DNA of 64,000 bases, taken from the NCBI GenBank assembly GCA_002083405.1, contig LVWT01000045.1:17637-81636 (forward strand), given 5' to 3'. The position numbers and the translations under genes were made by a program. This document shows, one piece after another, positions 47,419 to 55,493 of the stretch (positions are counted from its first letter, which is position 1; each line of letters opens with the position of its first letter). A model generated the notes under the pieces. It searched no databases. It had not been told where the DNA came from and saw only the letters and a program-made list of their open reading frames with translations. The DNA comes from Nitrospira sp. SG-bin2. Lineage in GTDB: Bacteria; Nitrospirota; Nitrospiria; Nitrospirales; Nitrospiraceae.

Positions 47419-50004
47419 GTGCTGTGCTACGATTCCCCCGGTATGCAAACTCCCTCCACGTCGGTTTCCGCAAAAGCATTTCAGGATTGGTTGGACCGCG
47501 TCGCGCGTCCCATCGAATTCGCGACTCGGGACGAATGCGCGCATCTGAGCGCCGTGAAGAATCTTGGTTCCTTCGTCGCGGAGCAGGTGTTGTCCGCCCT
47601 GGCCAACCGTGTGTATCCCAAGACCGTCGAGGCTCGCTTGGTCTCCTTGCGGGATCTGTTCGTCGATTTTCAGCGGCTGCTTCCGCCTCATGAGCAACGC
47701 CGCAGGTTGCAAGCCGCTGTGGCGATCGTGAATGGGCTTCGTAGCGTTGTGCGGGAGCTGCCGGAGTTGCCAGAATCGGAAATGCCGCGAGCCGAACCGG
47801 AGTCTCGTCCAGAGGGGACGAAGCGAGGCGGTCTTTGGAATCTCCCGATCCGCTTTGCGAAGGGTGTGGGACCCAAGCGCATCGGCCTGTTGCAGCGGTG
47901 GAAGATCGACACAGTGGAAGATGCGCTCTGGACTCTGCCCTGGCGGTATGAAGATCGGTCGGTGATGACACAGCTCGGCGATCTCGTGCCCGGTATGACG
48001 ACCTCCATTTGTGGAACTGTCGCAAAATGCGAGGCCAAGCGGACGAGAAATCGCCGGTTGAGTGTGTTGGATGTCGGGGTGGAGGATGAGACCGGGCGCA
48101 TGCAGGCAGTGTTTTTTAACCAGCCATACTTGGAAAAGGTGTTGGCCATCGGAACGCGCGTCATGATGAGCGGGCGCGTGATTGCCGGGCGCCAGGGTTG
48201 GATGGTTCCGCGAATGGAAGTGGCCCAGTATGAGGTGCTTGGAGAGGATACGGAATCGACCCTGCATGTGGGGCGGATTGTACCGGTTTATCACGAAACG
48301 AAGGGATGGACATCCCGTCAAATGCGGGTGCTGGAAAGAGATCTGTTGGAGAAGCATGCGCGTGAACTGCACGATTGTCTTCCGGTGCAACTTCGGGCCC
48401 GCCGGCGGCTTATTCCGATTCAAGAGGCGCTGCGTGATGTGCATTTCCCAGACGCCGGCGCCGATCTTACGCTGCTGGAGCAAAGCAAGACTCCGGCGCA
48501 TCGGCGGTTGGCGTTCGAAGAGCTGTTTCTGCTCCAAACGGCCTTGGCAACCAGGCAGCGGTCGGTGCAGAACGAACCGAAACAGCTGACGTTCAATCCG
48601 CGCACGCCGCTTCTGGAGAAGTTGAGCCGCCTGCTGCCGTTCCGCCTTACTGCCGCGCAGGATCGGGTGATTCGGGAAGTGTTTCACGATATGCTGGCGC
48701 CGCGGCCGATGAATCGGCTAGTGCAAGGCGATGTCGGATCGGGAAAGACCGCCGTGGCCCTGCATGCGCTCGTTATGGCTTGCGGCTCCGGCTATCAGGC
48801 GGCGTTGATGGCGCCGACGGAGATTCTGGCCGAGCAACACTATCGCAATCTGTCCGGGACCTTTGAATCCTTGGGGCTGAAGGCGATGCTCATGCGAGGC
48901 GGAGGCAAGGCATCGGTGAAGACTGCGCAGATCGCACAGCTTGCGTCCGGGGAAATTCACGTGGCGATCGGCACCCATGCGCTGATTCAGAAGGGGGTGG
49001 CGTTCAAGAACCTGGGATTGGCCGTTGTCGATGAGCAACACAAGTTCGGCGTCCTCCAACGGAAAACACTGATCGACAAAGGGTATAAGCCGGATATGCT
49101 GGTGCTCACGGCGACTCCGATCCCCCGGACGCTGGCGATGACGGTGTACGGCGATCTGGATGTGTCGGTCATCGATGAGTTGCCGCCGGGGAGAAAACCG
49201 GTCCACACCCTCCTCTTCGACCAATCGCAGCGGCGGCGGGCGTATCAGCTTCTGCGTGATGAATTGCGCAACGGCAGGCAGGCCTATGTGGTCTATCCCC
49301 TCATTGAGGAGTCGGAAAAGACAGACCTTCAGGCGGCGATGCAAGGGGCCGAGCAATTGCAGAGCGGAGAACTCGCCGAGTTTCGCGTCGGTCTGTTGCA
49401 TGGACGCATGAAGGCGGCAGAGAAGGAAGCGGTGATGGCCGAGTTCAAAGCCGGATCCATTCATGCTCTCGTGGCGACGACGGTGGTTGAAGTCGGAGTC
49501 GATGTGCCGAATGCGACGATCATGATGATTGAACATGCCGAACGGTTCGGCCTGGCGCAGTTGCATCAATTGCGCGGGCGTGTCGGGCGGGCCTGCCATC
49601 AATCCTACTGCCTGCTGATGGTGTCGGGGAGGTGGAGCAAGGGAGGGGTGAGGGCTGGAGGTCTGAAGGGCGCACGTGCATCCGATGCTGCTGATGAACA
49701 TGGGCCATCGGCGTCACGAGAGCGGTTGGAAGCACTGGTGCGGTCGAACGACGGGTTTGTCATCGCTGAAGAAGATCTGCGCATCAGAGGACCTGGAGAG
49801 TTTTTCGGTCTTCGACAATGGGGCATGCCGGAGTTCCGTGTGGCCAACATCGTGCGGGACGCCGATTTGCTGCAACAGGCCAGACAGGAAGCATTCGCGT
49901 TGTTGAAAATGGACCCGGATTTGAAGGCCCCGGCTCATCAGGAGTTGCGGGATGCCATGTTGCGGAAGTGGCAGGAGAAACTGGAGCTGGGGTCAATCAG
50001 TTGA
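47419..50004 (+). CDS. recG: ATP-dependent DNA helicase RecG
   Basis: 861 aa with a wedge domain and helicase motifs GDVGSGKT, VVDEQHKFG, LTATPIPRTL and QLHQLRGRVGR. The start is uncertain (GTG 47419 or ATG 47443). Confidence 0.93.
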   Translation: MLCYDSPGMQTPSTSVSAKAFQDWLDRVARPIEFATRDECAHLSAVKNLGSFVAEQVLSALANRVYPKTVEARLVSLRDLFVDFQRLLPPHEQRRRLQAAVAIVNGLRSVVRELPELPESEMPRAEPESRPEGTKRGGLWNLPIRFAKGVGPKRIGLLQRWKIDTVEDALWTLPWRYEDRSVMTQLGDLVPGMTTSICGTVAKCEAKRTRNRRLSVLDVGVEDETGRMQAVFFNQPYLEKVLAIGTRVMMSGRVIAGRQGWMVPRMEVAQYEVLGEDTESTLHVGRIVPVYHETKGWTSRQMRVLERDLLEKHARELHDCLPVQLRARRRLIPIQEALRDVHFPDAGADLTLLEQSKTPAHRRLAFEELFLLQTALATRQRSVQNEPKQLTFNPRTPLLEKLSRLLPFRLTAAQDRVIREVFHDMLAPRPMNRLVQGDVGSGKTAVALHALVMACGSGYQAALMAPTEILAEQHYRNLSGTFESLGLKAMLMRGGGKASVKTAQIAQLASGEIHVAIGTHALIQKGVAFKNLGLAVVDEQHKFGVLQRKTLIDKGYKPDMLVLTATPIPRTLAMTVYGDLDVSVIDELPPGRKPVHTLLFDQSQRRRAYQLLRDELRNGRQAYVVYPLIEESEKTDLQAAMQGAEQLQSGELAEFRVGLLHGRMKAAEKEAVMAEFKAGSIHALVATTVVEVGVDVPNATIMMIEHAERFGLAQLHQLRGRVGRACHQSYCLLMVSGRWSKGGVRAGGLKGARASDAADEHGPSASRERLEALVRSNDGFVIAEEDLRIRGPGEFFGLRQWGMPEFRVANIVRDADLLQQARQEAFALLKMDPDLKAPAHQELRDAMLRKWQEKLELGSIS

Positions 50005-50008
50005 AAGA

Positions 50009-50101
50009 GCTGACAAGCATGTAGGCTAACAGGCGTGCAAGCGGCAGGTTGACAAAATTGGTGTTCCGGATGTCAGCTTGAGACCTGTCAGCCTGTTAGC
50101 C
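50009..50101. repeat. REP-like imperfect palindrome of GCTGACA/TGTCAGC-family units
   Basis: GCTGACA (50009), GGCTAACAGGC (50024) and GGTTGACA (50047) oppose TGTCAGC (50071) and CCTGTCAGCCTGTTAGCC (50084-50101). Confidence 0.7.
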
Positions 50102-50111
50102 AGAGGGTCGA

Positions 50112-50435
50112 ATGGGCTTATTGCAGCGACTCAAAGACGATTTGCGGACAGGCATCGCGACCTTGCGTCTGGGAACCGTGCATGCGGCCGGCCGCGCGCT
50201 GGAAGAGACGGAACTACTTCGGATGCGGCTGGAAGCCCGCAAGCTGGACCAGCAACTCTCCGATCTCTATAAGGATATCGGTGAGCGGGCCGTCGATATG
50301 AAAGAACGCGGCGAGACAGCGGAGCGCATCATCCACGATGCAGAAATCGGCCGTCTCGTTCGAGAGGTGCAGGCGCTCAAGGAGTCGCGCAAGAAACTGG
50401 AAGCCGAAATGGACGAGATCCGGAACGAGCAATGA
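50112..50435 (+). CDS. Coiled-coil hypothetical protein
   Basis: 107 aa, highly charged and helical, with a 4-nt overlap onto the ppx-family gene start. Confidence 0.5.
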   Translation: MGLLQRLKDDLRTGIATLRLGTVHAAGRALEETELLRMRLEARKLDQQLSDLYKDIGERAVDMKERGETAERIIHDAEIGRLVREVQALKESRKKLEAEMDEIRNEQ

Positions 50436-51388
50436 CCGCCCCGCCTGCCCGTATGCGTCGATTAGCCGGAATCGACATCGGGACTCTGACCTGCAGGCTT
50501 CTCATCGCAGATCTTTCTCCACCGGCACCTCTCAAAGCACTCCGATCCGAGCGGCGCATTCTCCGGCTGGGGGAGGGCGTCGATCAAACCAAACGACTCA
50601 ACGCTGCGGCCATGGATCGGGTGATCGCGTGTCTGCAGGAGTGGCGAGATCTCATCGACAGCCATCAGGTCGATGCAGCCACGGCTGTCGCGACCAGCGC
50701 GGTCCGGGATGCGGTCAATCGCGATGAATTTCTCCGACGACTGAGACAAGAGACAGGATTCGACGTCGAAGTCATCACGGGCGAGGAAGAAGCCCGGCGG
50801 ACTCTCCTCGGCATTCGTTCCGGTTTGCCCGCCGGAGTCACAGACATGATCGCGTTGGACATTGGCGGCGGCAGTACGGAATTCATTCTGGACCGGCCAG
50901 GCCAGGTCCCGATCGTCCGCTCCATCGACATCGGTGTGGTGCGTCTATGCGAGAGAGTACTGACACATGACCCGCCGACGGCGGAAGAAATAGAGCAGGC
51001 ACGGGACTGGGTGCGAGGCGAGACTCAAGCCGCCGTCGTCGGAATGGAGGGCTCTCAGTCTGCCACCTTCGTCGGAACCGCCGGCACGATCACCGCGCTT
51101 GCTGCCATGGCGCAGAAGCTGCCTGCCTATGAACCGCCCCGCATCCATAACTACCGGCTGGCCATTACTACGGTTCAGGAAATCGAACAGACCCTGTTGA
51201 GCCGTAAGAAGGCCGATCGTATCGGTCTCCCGGGCCTCGAACAGAACCGCGAAGAAGTTATAGCCGCCGGTGCCATCATCATCCGAACGATCATGGAGAC
51301 GCTGAGGATGTCGAGTGTGCTGGTGAGTGATCTGGGATTGCGGGAGGGCGTGCTGATTGATCTGGCGAGGAGGATGGAGTATCGGTAA
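50432..51388 (+). CDS. Ppx/GppA-family exopolyphosphatase / pppGpp phosphohydrolase
   Basis: 318 aa with the ASKHA motifs LAGIDIGTLTCRLLIADL and ALDIGGGSTEF. Confidence 0.85.
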   Translation: MTAPPARMRRLAGIDIGTLTCRLLIADLSPPAPLKALRSERRILRLGEGVDQTKRLNAAAMDRVIACLQEWRDLIDSHQVDAATAVATSAVRDAVNRDEFLRRLRQETGFDVEVITGEEEARRTLLGIRSGLPAGVTDMIALDIGGGSTEFILDRPGQVPIVRSIDIGVVRLCERVLTHDPPTAEEIEQARDWVRGETQAAVVGMEGSQSATFVGTAGTITALAAMAQKLPAYEPPRIHNYRLAITTVQEIEQTLLSRKKADRIGLPGLEQNREEVIAAGAIIIRTIMETLRMSSVLVSDLGLREGVLIDLARRMEYR

Positions 51389-51407
51389 GCAAGAATGAGG
51401 GGCGTAG

Positions 51408-51436
51408 TTGCCCGTACTTTGCCGCTGGACTACAAT
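51408..51436 (+). promoter_or_regulatory. Candidate sigma-70 promoter for the hicBA module (TTGCCC-17 nt-TACAAT)
   Basis: The -35 is at 51408-51413 and the -10 at 51431-51436. A GGGAGG RBS and the ATG at 51460 follow. Confidence 0.45.
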
Positions 51437-51459
51437 GCAGTTTGGTGGGAGGAACCGTC

Positions 51460-51801
51460 ATGGCAATTTCAAAGATGACCCGTCGTCGAGGGAGAGAACC
51501 AAAGATCATGGTTGCCGATCCTCTGCTCACGGTCCTCCTCGCCAAAGACAGCGGCCACTATTGCGCCAAGTGCCCAGAGCTGGATCTTGTGACGGAACTT
51601 CCGACCGCCGACGCTGCCTTAGAAGATCTGATTGAAGCTATTCGGGACTATGCGAAAGAATATCTTCGCGACCGCGACCGATACGCCACGAGTCCGAACC
51701 GAGCCCACCATGTTCCCTATATCGAGGCCATCGCTGCTTGCAAGACTGATTGGGAGTTGCGGACACTGATCGAGATCAAGCATGGCCTCGTTCACGTATA
51801 A
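51460..51801 (+). CDS. hicB: HicB-family antitoxin
   Basis: LTVLLAKDSGHYCAKCPELDLVTELPTADAALEDLIEAIRDYAKEYL is a HicB-type N-domain. The start was chosen for its GGGAGG RBS. Confidence 0.6.
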   Translation: MAISKMTRRRGREPKIMVADPLLTVLLAKDSGHYCAKCPELDLVTELPTADAALEDLIEAIRDYAKEYLRDRDRYATSPNRAHHVPYIEAIAACKTDWELRTLIEIKHGLVHV

Positions 51802-52021
51802 CGATTTCCGTGTTGTGCTTAGGCGCGCGGGGTTCGAACATCTCCGATCGGAAAAGCACGAAACCTGGCGAAAGTTCCTGCCGAACGGGTCGATTCTGCG
51901 TGTCCGGATTAGCCATCAGCACAAGCGCGACATTCTCAAGTGGTTAGTCCATGAAATGCTTCGACAAGCAAGACTGATTTTAGGAGAATTCAGCACGGGC
52001 GCTTTTGGAAGCACAACATAG
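51782..52021 (+). CDS. hicA: HicA-family toxin
   Basis: 79 aa with FRVVLRRAGFEHLRSEKHETWRKFLPNGSILRVRISHQHKRDI, the HicA pattern. It overlaps hicB by 20 nt. Confidence 0.65.
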   Translation: MASFTYNDFRVVLRRAGFEHLRSEKHETWRKFLPNGSILRVRISHQHKRDILKWLVHEMLRQARLILGEFSTGAFGSTT

Positions 52022-52037
52022 TGGCATCGCCGCTGGC

Positions 52038-52736
52038 GTGATCAGTTTAGAAACTGGGAAAGTGCTGGTTATTTTGAATATCGATTCTGCTGCTGACTAC
52101 CTCCTGCGTACCGAAAGTGCAGCGCGGACGTTATTAGATGGCATAGGGGCATATGTTGCTCTATTGAAGCATGCTCCATTACCGGTGTTCGGGGGGTCGT
52201 TCTCGGATGAAAAGGTTGCCCGTATTGCGTTTGATCATTGGTCAACTAAGAAAGATAAGCGGATTCAACTTTCGCTCAAGTCTCAGCGGGAATTTTTAGC
52301 TGAAAGCTTCGCTCTCGCAACATTATGCGGCTGTCTGCTTCAAATCGCTGCTAAAGGCATTGAATGGTTCTCCAACAATACAGATATTCCATTCGATTTC
52401 GGTTCTGTAATCAAACCTTCGTCGTCGGCTGTGCCATTTTGTATCGGGCGTCGTGTCCGAGGTGTTCCTGTCGGCTTGGTCATCTTTGCTGGCCGCAATC
52501 AGTTTGCGCATTTGAATGAACGGGAACTTCGAGAGCCTAATGCGACAATATTTGAACGCCTTGCGGTGAATCACAGACAAACACAAACGATGGAGGGTCA
52601 TTTTAAGGATCCGGCTTTTGATCTTCAGAACGGACAGTTGGTCAATTTCGCAGGCAACGTCACAGGTCTGCTTGGTTGGCGGAATCATGATGCCTACGCG
52701 ACCGATATGCGTCAGTTACTCGGGGGTGAAGAGTGA
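52038..52736 (+). CDS. Hypothetical protein with HEPN-like RNxxxH motif
   Basis: The open frame runs 52005-52736 in low-GC DNA. There is no ATG near the 5' end, so the start could be GTG 52038, GTG 52062 or TTG 52005. The motif is FAGRNQFAHLNE. No family recognised. Confidence 0.5.
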   Translation: MISLETGKVLVILNIDSAADYLLRTESAARTLLDGIGAYVALLKHAPLPVFGGSFSDEKVARIAFDHWSTKKDKRIQLSLKSQREFLAESFALATLCGCLLQIAAKGIEWFSNNTDIPFDFGSVIKPSSSAVPFCIGRRVRGVPVGLVIFAGRNQFAHLNERELREPNATIFERLAVNHRQTQTMEGHFKDPAFDLQNGQLVNFAGNVTGLLGWRNHDAYATDMRQLLGGEE

Positions 52737-52774
52737 TAAATAATTGAGGACTTATTTGTTTCGAGGAGGCACAA

Positions 52775-53305
52775 TTGAATAATGACCATAATCCATCTCG
52801 ACGGATTTTCTGTGGCCATTTCCATGTTGCGAAGACGTCCTTGATAGGCACAGCTTTGCTAATGGCGTTTCTTTTTGGGATTTGTGACAGCGGGCTTGGT
52901 CAGGAACAACCACTAAATCATAAACCAATTTGGACTGCCGTCGATAAACTGTTCTGTCGAGGCCAAAATATGTTTACTTGCTCGTTTGAAGATCCAATAA
53001 GTTGTGATCAGAGTAAATCCAGCGCCTCTGTGACGATAAATTTCGCGGCGAGAGTCCTCGAATTTCACGGTGCTTATCGAGGTGGTGGTACGATTAAGTC
53101 AGTGGCATTTGCAGATAGTCTTAACCCGATGCAGACGATACTTCTAGACGATAATAGGGTAGTCCATCTTGCGCATTACAAATTCCATGACCGGCTGGAG
53201 ATTTCAGGGTATCTCTTAGATGCTGAGAATGTTGCCTACGCAAATCCCAAAGAAACAATAAAGAGAGGGGCTTCGGGCCACACTCTTATATGCTTTCCAG
53301 AGTAG
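52775..53305 (+). CDS. Hypothetical exported protein
   Basis: 176 aa. The TTG start is preceded by GGAGG at 5-6 nt. It has a hydrophobic signal (LIGTALLMAFLFGI) and several Cys residues. Confidence 0.5.
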   Translation: MNNDHNPSRRIFCGHFHVAKTSLIGTALLMAFLFGICDSGLGQEQPLNHKPIWTAVDKLFCRGQNMFTCSFEDPISCDQSKSSASVTINFAARVLEFHGAYRGGGTIKSVAFADSLNPMQTILLDDNRVVHLAHYKFHDRLEISGYLLDAENVAYANPKETIKRGASGHTLICFPE

Positions 53306-53355
53306 AGAGAAAAACTGATGCGGGGACGCTTTCAAGTGTTCAGAAAGGAATAGCG

Positions 53356-53688
53356 GTGCGCTTCTTGATAGGTCTTTCAATTTGTCTGGCCTTGTCTGCT
53401 TGTCTCCAAAAGACAAGGGATTTGACGGAAGTGGAGCACGGTGAGCTAATGCAATATCGGAATATGCTCATTGAACAAGCCAGAGCGGGTAAATTGAGCG
53501 AGGAGCAATATCACTGGTCACTGCTTGAGGAGGAGTGTCGGATAAGAGGGGGGTGTAGCGAGCAGTACAAGAGAGGTTATTGGAACGCCTACAGGCGATC
53601 GAAGGGATTGCCTGAAATTCAGAGCCCTCCTCATTTTGTTTGCTCACAAGTAAGCTCGGGCAATTATTCAACCATCGTGTGTCAGTAA
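53356..53688 (+). CDS. Hypothetical lipoprotein
   Basis: The GTG start has an AAAGGA RBS. The signal carries the lipobox LALSAC. The mature part is Cys-containing and helical. Confidence 0.5.
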   Translation: MRFLIGLSICLALSACLQKTRDLTEVEHGELMQYRNMLIEQARAGKLSEEQYHWSLLEEECRIRGGCSEQYKRGYWNAYRRSKGLPEIQSPPHFVCSQVSSGNYSTIVCQ

Positions 53689-53765
53689 GAGCGGCAACGG
53701 TGCCCTTTGTAATGCCGTGAGTGCGACAGCTCAGCCTGTTCCCTTTTCTCGGACTTGGTGTGCTT

Positions 53766-54374
53766 ATGAAAAGTTGTCAAGCTGCCGGAGAGCGATTCTT
53801 CAGGGTGTACCATAAGCATTGTGTCAAGCCTGACAAGGACACGCTGTTCAATCTCCTCAATTCCACTCATGGTCTGAACGACAAAGTTCGAAAGGCAACT
53901 GGCGGGCATTTCTTCGGCTGCAACGAATTTATAGCGTTGAAGGCACTGCGAAATCTATTCCATCATGAAGTCGAGCTGGTCAATGAAGTGCGAATCATCC
54001 CAGTCGAAAAGTTGCCGCTTCTAAGCACCGACAGTCCATTCCTGTGCCTGGTGCCTCGCGATCTTGTTCTGCAGTCATTTGCGCAGCTTGAAAGAAAGAG
54101 GCGCGTGCATGAGGAAGGCATCATTCGCAGTACGCTGAAGTGGTACGGAAATGTTGTCAATATCAATCCCTGCTTATTCAACTTTGCAGTTCATGTATTT
54201 GAGAAGTTGAAGACTCTTGGCGTCCAAGTCGGCGGAGACGAATACGCGGAATTCCAAGCAAGCTACGAGTTCGAAGACGAGACTGGGCACTCCCACTTCA
54301 TTGCCGGAGACATCATTTGCCATGCAGGAAGTGTTGAGCAGGTTCTGGCGGTGGCATTCGAAAATGTCATCTAA
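53766..54374 (+). CDS. Hypothetical protein with HEPN-like RNxxxH motif (Abi-like?)
   Basis: 202 aa from the ATG at 53766. The motif FIALKALRNLFHHEVELV resembles the RNxxAH motif of Abi_2/other HEPN families. It sits in low-GC DNA. Confidence 0.55.
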   Translation: MKSCQAAGERFFRVYHKHCVKPDKDTLFNLLNSTHGLNDKVRKATGGHFFGCNEFIALKALRNLFHHEVELVNEVRIIPVEKLPLLSTDSPFLCLVPRDLVLQSFAQLERKRRVHEEGIIRSTLKWYGNVVNINPCLFNFAVHVFEKLKTLGVQVGGDEYAEFQASYEFEDETGHSHFIAGDIICHAGSVEQVLAVAFENVI

Positions 54375-54480
54375 CTCCATCATCGACGGAAGTCATAACG
54401 AGGCGTGCTATAGCGATGACCAGGGTCATTGCTTGACTTGACACCAGAGCGACTAACGTACACTGCTGGTCTGATCAATC

Positions 54481-54765
54481 ATGAAGAAGAAAACGACGAA
54501 GTCCAGCGGCAATGTGTTTGTCGATCTTGGGTTCGATCCAGCTGAAGCGGCGGTGCTCCAAATGCGTTCCAATTTCATGAGCGATCTTCGTCTCTATATC
54601 GAGAAGCAGAAGTTAACTCAAGCCGAAGCGGCCAAGCGACTTGGGATCGCACAATCCCGCGTGTCCGATCTTGTTCGTGGGAAATGGGACAAATTCAGCC
54701 TCGAAATGCTCATTATGCTTGAGGCACGCTTCGGACGGACGATTCGGGTTGAATTCGCAGCGTAA
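54481..54765 (+). CDS. XRE-family HTH protein of the antitoxin-associated HTH_37 type
   Basis: 94 aa with an N-terminal NVFVDLGFDPAEA, then LTQAEAAKRLGIAQSRVSDLVRGKWDKFSLEMLIMLEARFG. This architecture is normally found downstream of RelE/Gp49-type toxins. Confidence 0.8.
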   Translation: MKKKTTKSSGNVFVDLGFDPAEAAVLQMRSNFMSDLRLYIEKQKLTQAEAAKRLGIAQSRVSDLVRGKWDKFSLEMLIMLEARFGRTIRVEFAA

Positions 54766-54834
54766 TTCAGACTCCCAAATTGGGAGCGGCGGCGGGACCC
54801 TTTTACTGCGCGTATCAGAAAAATTGGCATCCGC

Positions 54835-54855
54835 GCCTCACACCTGACGCCTCAC
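54835..54855. repeat. Heptamer repeat (reverse complement of GTGAGGC GTCAGGT GTGAGGC)
   Basis: GCCTCAC ACCTGAC GCCTCAC lies immediately distal to the displaced methyltransferase 3' fragment. Confidence 0.7.
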
Positions 54856-54856
54856 G

Positions 54857-54904
54857 TCATTTCTGCGAATACCACCGATAGCTTTTTTGCTCCGTGAACT
54901 GAGC
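54857..54904 (-). pseudogene. Displaced copy A of the 3' end of the 57055-58545 methyltransferase gene
   Basis: It encodes AQFTEQKSYRWYSQK-stop, compared with AQFTEQKGYRWYSQK-stop in the intact gene. About 42 of 48 nt are identical by hand alignment. Confidence 0.65.
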
Positions 54905-54987
54905 TAGGCGAGGGAGCCCGATGCAGGAAGTCCTGTTTGACTTATCGCTACTGACGCCATAATATTTGCCTGCTCGAAGGGAGGCAT

Positions 54988-55326
54988 ATGGATCAGGAAT
55001 CGCTTGCCCAAATTCAACAGATTGTCGGCGCTGCGACCGAAGCCCTTCGGGCAGATCTTACCGGGACCCTTCGCACTGAAATTGCCGATGCGAAACGCCA
55101 CACAGGCGTCCTTACTGAAGGACTCCGGCATGAACTTCAGCTTGTGGCTGAAGGCTTCCAGATACACCTCGATCGGCGTCATGCCGATGACCGTGAGCAT
55201 GTGGATAATCAATTCAGAGAAACTCGTGCGCTCATCCAACTCTCCTACGGTCAGATACAAGAACGAGTTGAGCGGTTGGAACAGCGGGTCCGCACCATCG
55301 AGCAGCATCTCGGTCTCACCGTGTAG
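54988..55326 (+). CDS. Coiled-coil hypothetical protein
   Basis: 112 aa with a GAAGGGAGG RBS and a heptad-rich sequence. It lies between 3'-end copies A and B. Confidence 0.5.
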   Translation: MDQESLAQIQQIVGAATEALRADLTGTLRTEIADAKRHTGVLTEGLRHELQLVAEGFQIHLDRRHADDREHVDNQFRETRALIQLSYGQIQERVERLEQRVRTIEQHLGLTV

Positions 55327-55348
55327 CCTCCTCAGTAATGCTTCAACA

Positions 55349-55441
55349 TCTGTGACTGCCATCGATAGCCTTTTATTCCGTGAGCTGAGCTTTCGGTGCG
55401 CCGCCGGGGTTTTTCAATAACATGACTTTCAAGTCTGTGAG
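55349..55441 (-). pseudogene. Displaced, decayed copy B of the 3' end of the methyltransferase gene
   Basis: It reads LTDLKVMLLKNPGGAPKAQLTE-stop, compared with LLDFKVLLLEKPGGAPKAQFTEQK... in the intact gene. Identity is roughly 80% over ~93 nt with 2 indels. Confidence 0.6.
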
Positions 55442-55493
55442 ATAAACCAAGCGGAGTCGGGAGGTCGTTACAGTTGCAGGATGGCAGTTGCCT

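Noticed and set aside
47306-48025. 240-codon N-terminal extension of the peptidase-MA ORF (track 45881-48025)
   Set aside because: The extension runs antisense through the recG 5' region and is Arg/Pro/Ser-rich. A TM-bearing start MYRRNITHILMPMALALAL at 47305 gives a sensible protein.
47332-48687. 451-aa minus-strand ORF opposite recG (also 48718-49701 and 37556-38620 opposite recG/purL)
   Set aside because: These are shadow ORFs of long high-GC genes. The plus-strand products carry complete RecG/PurL motif sets.
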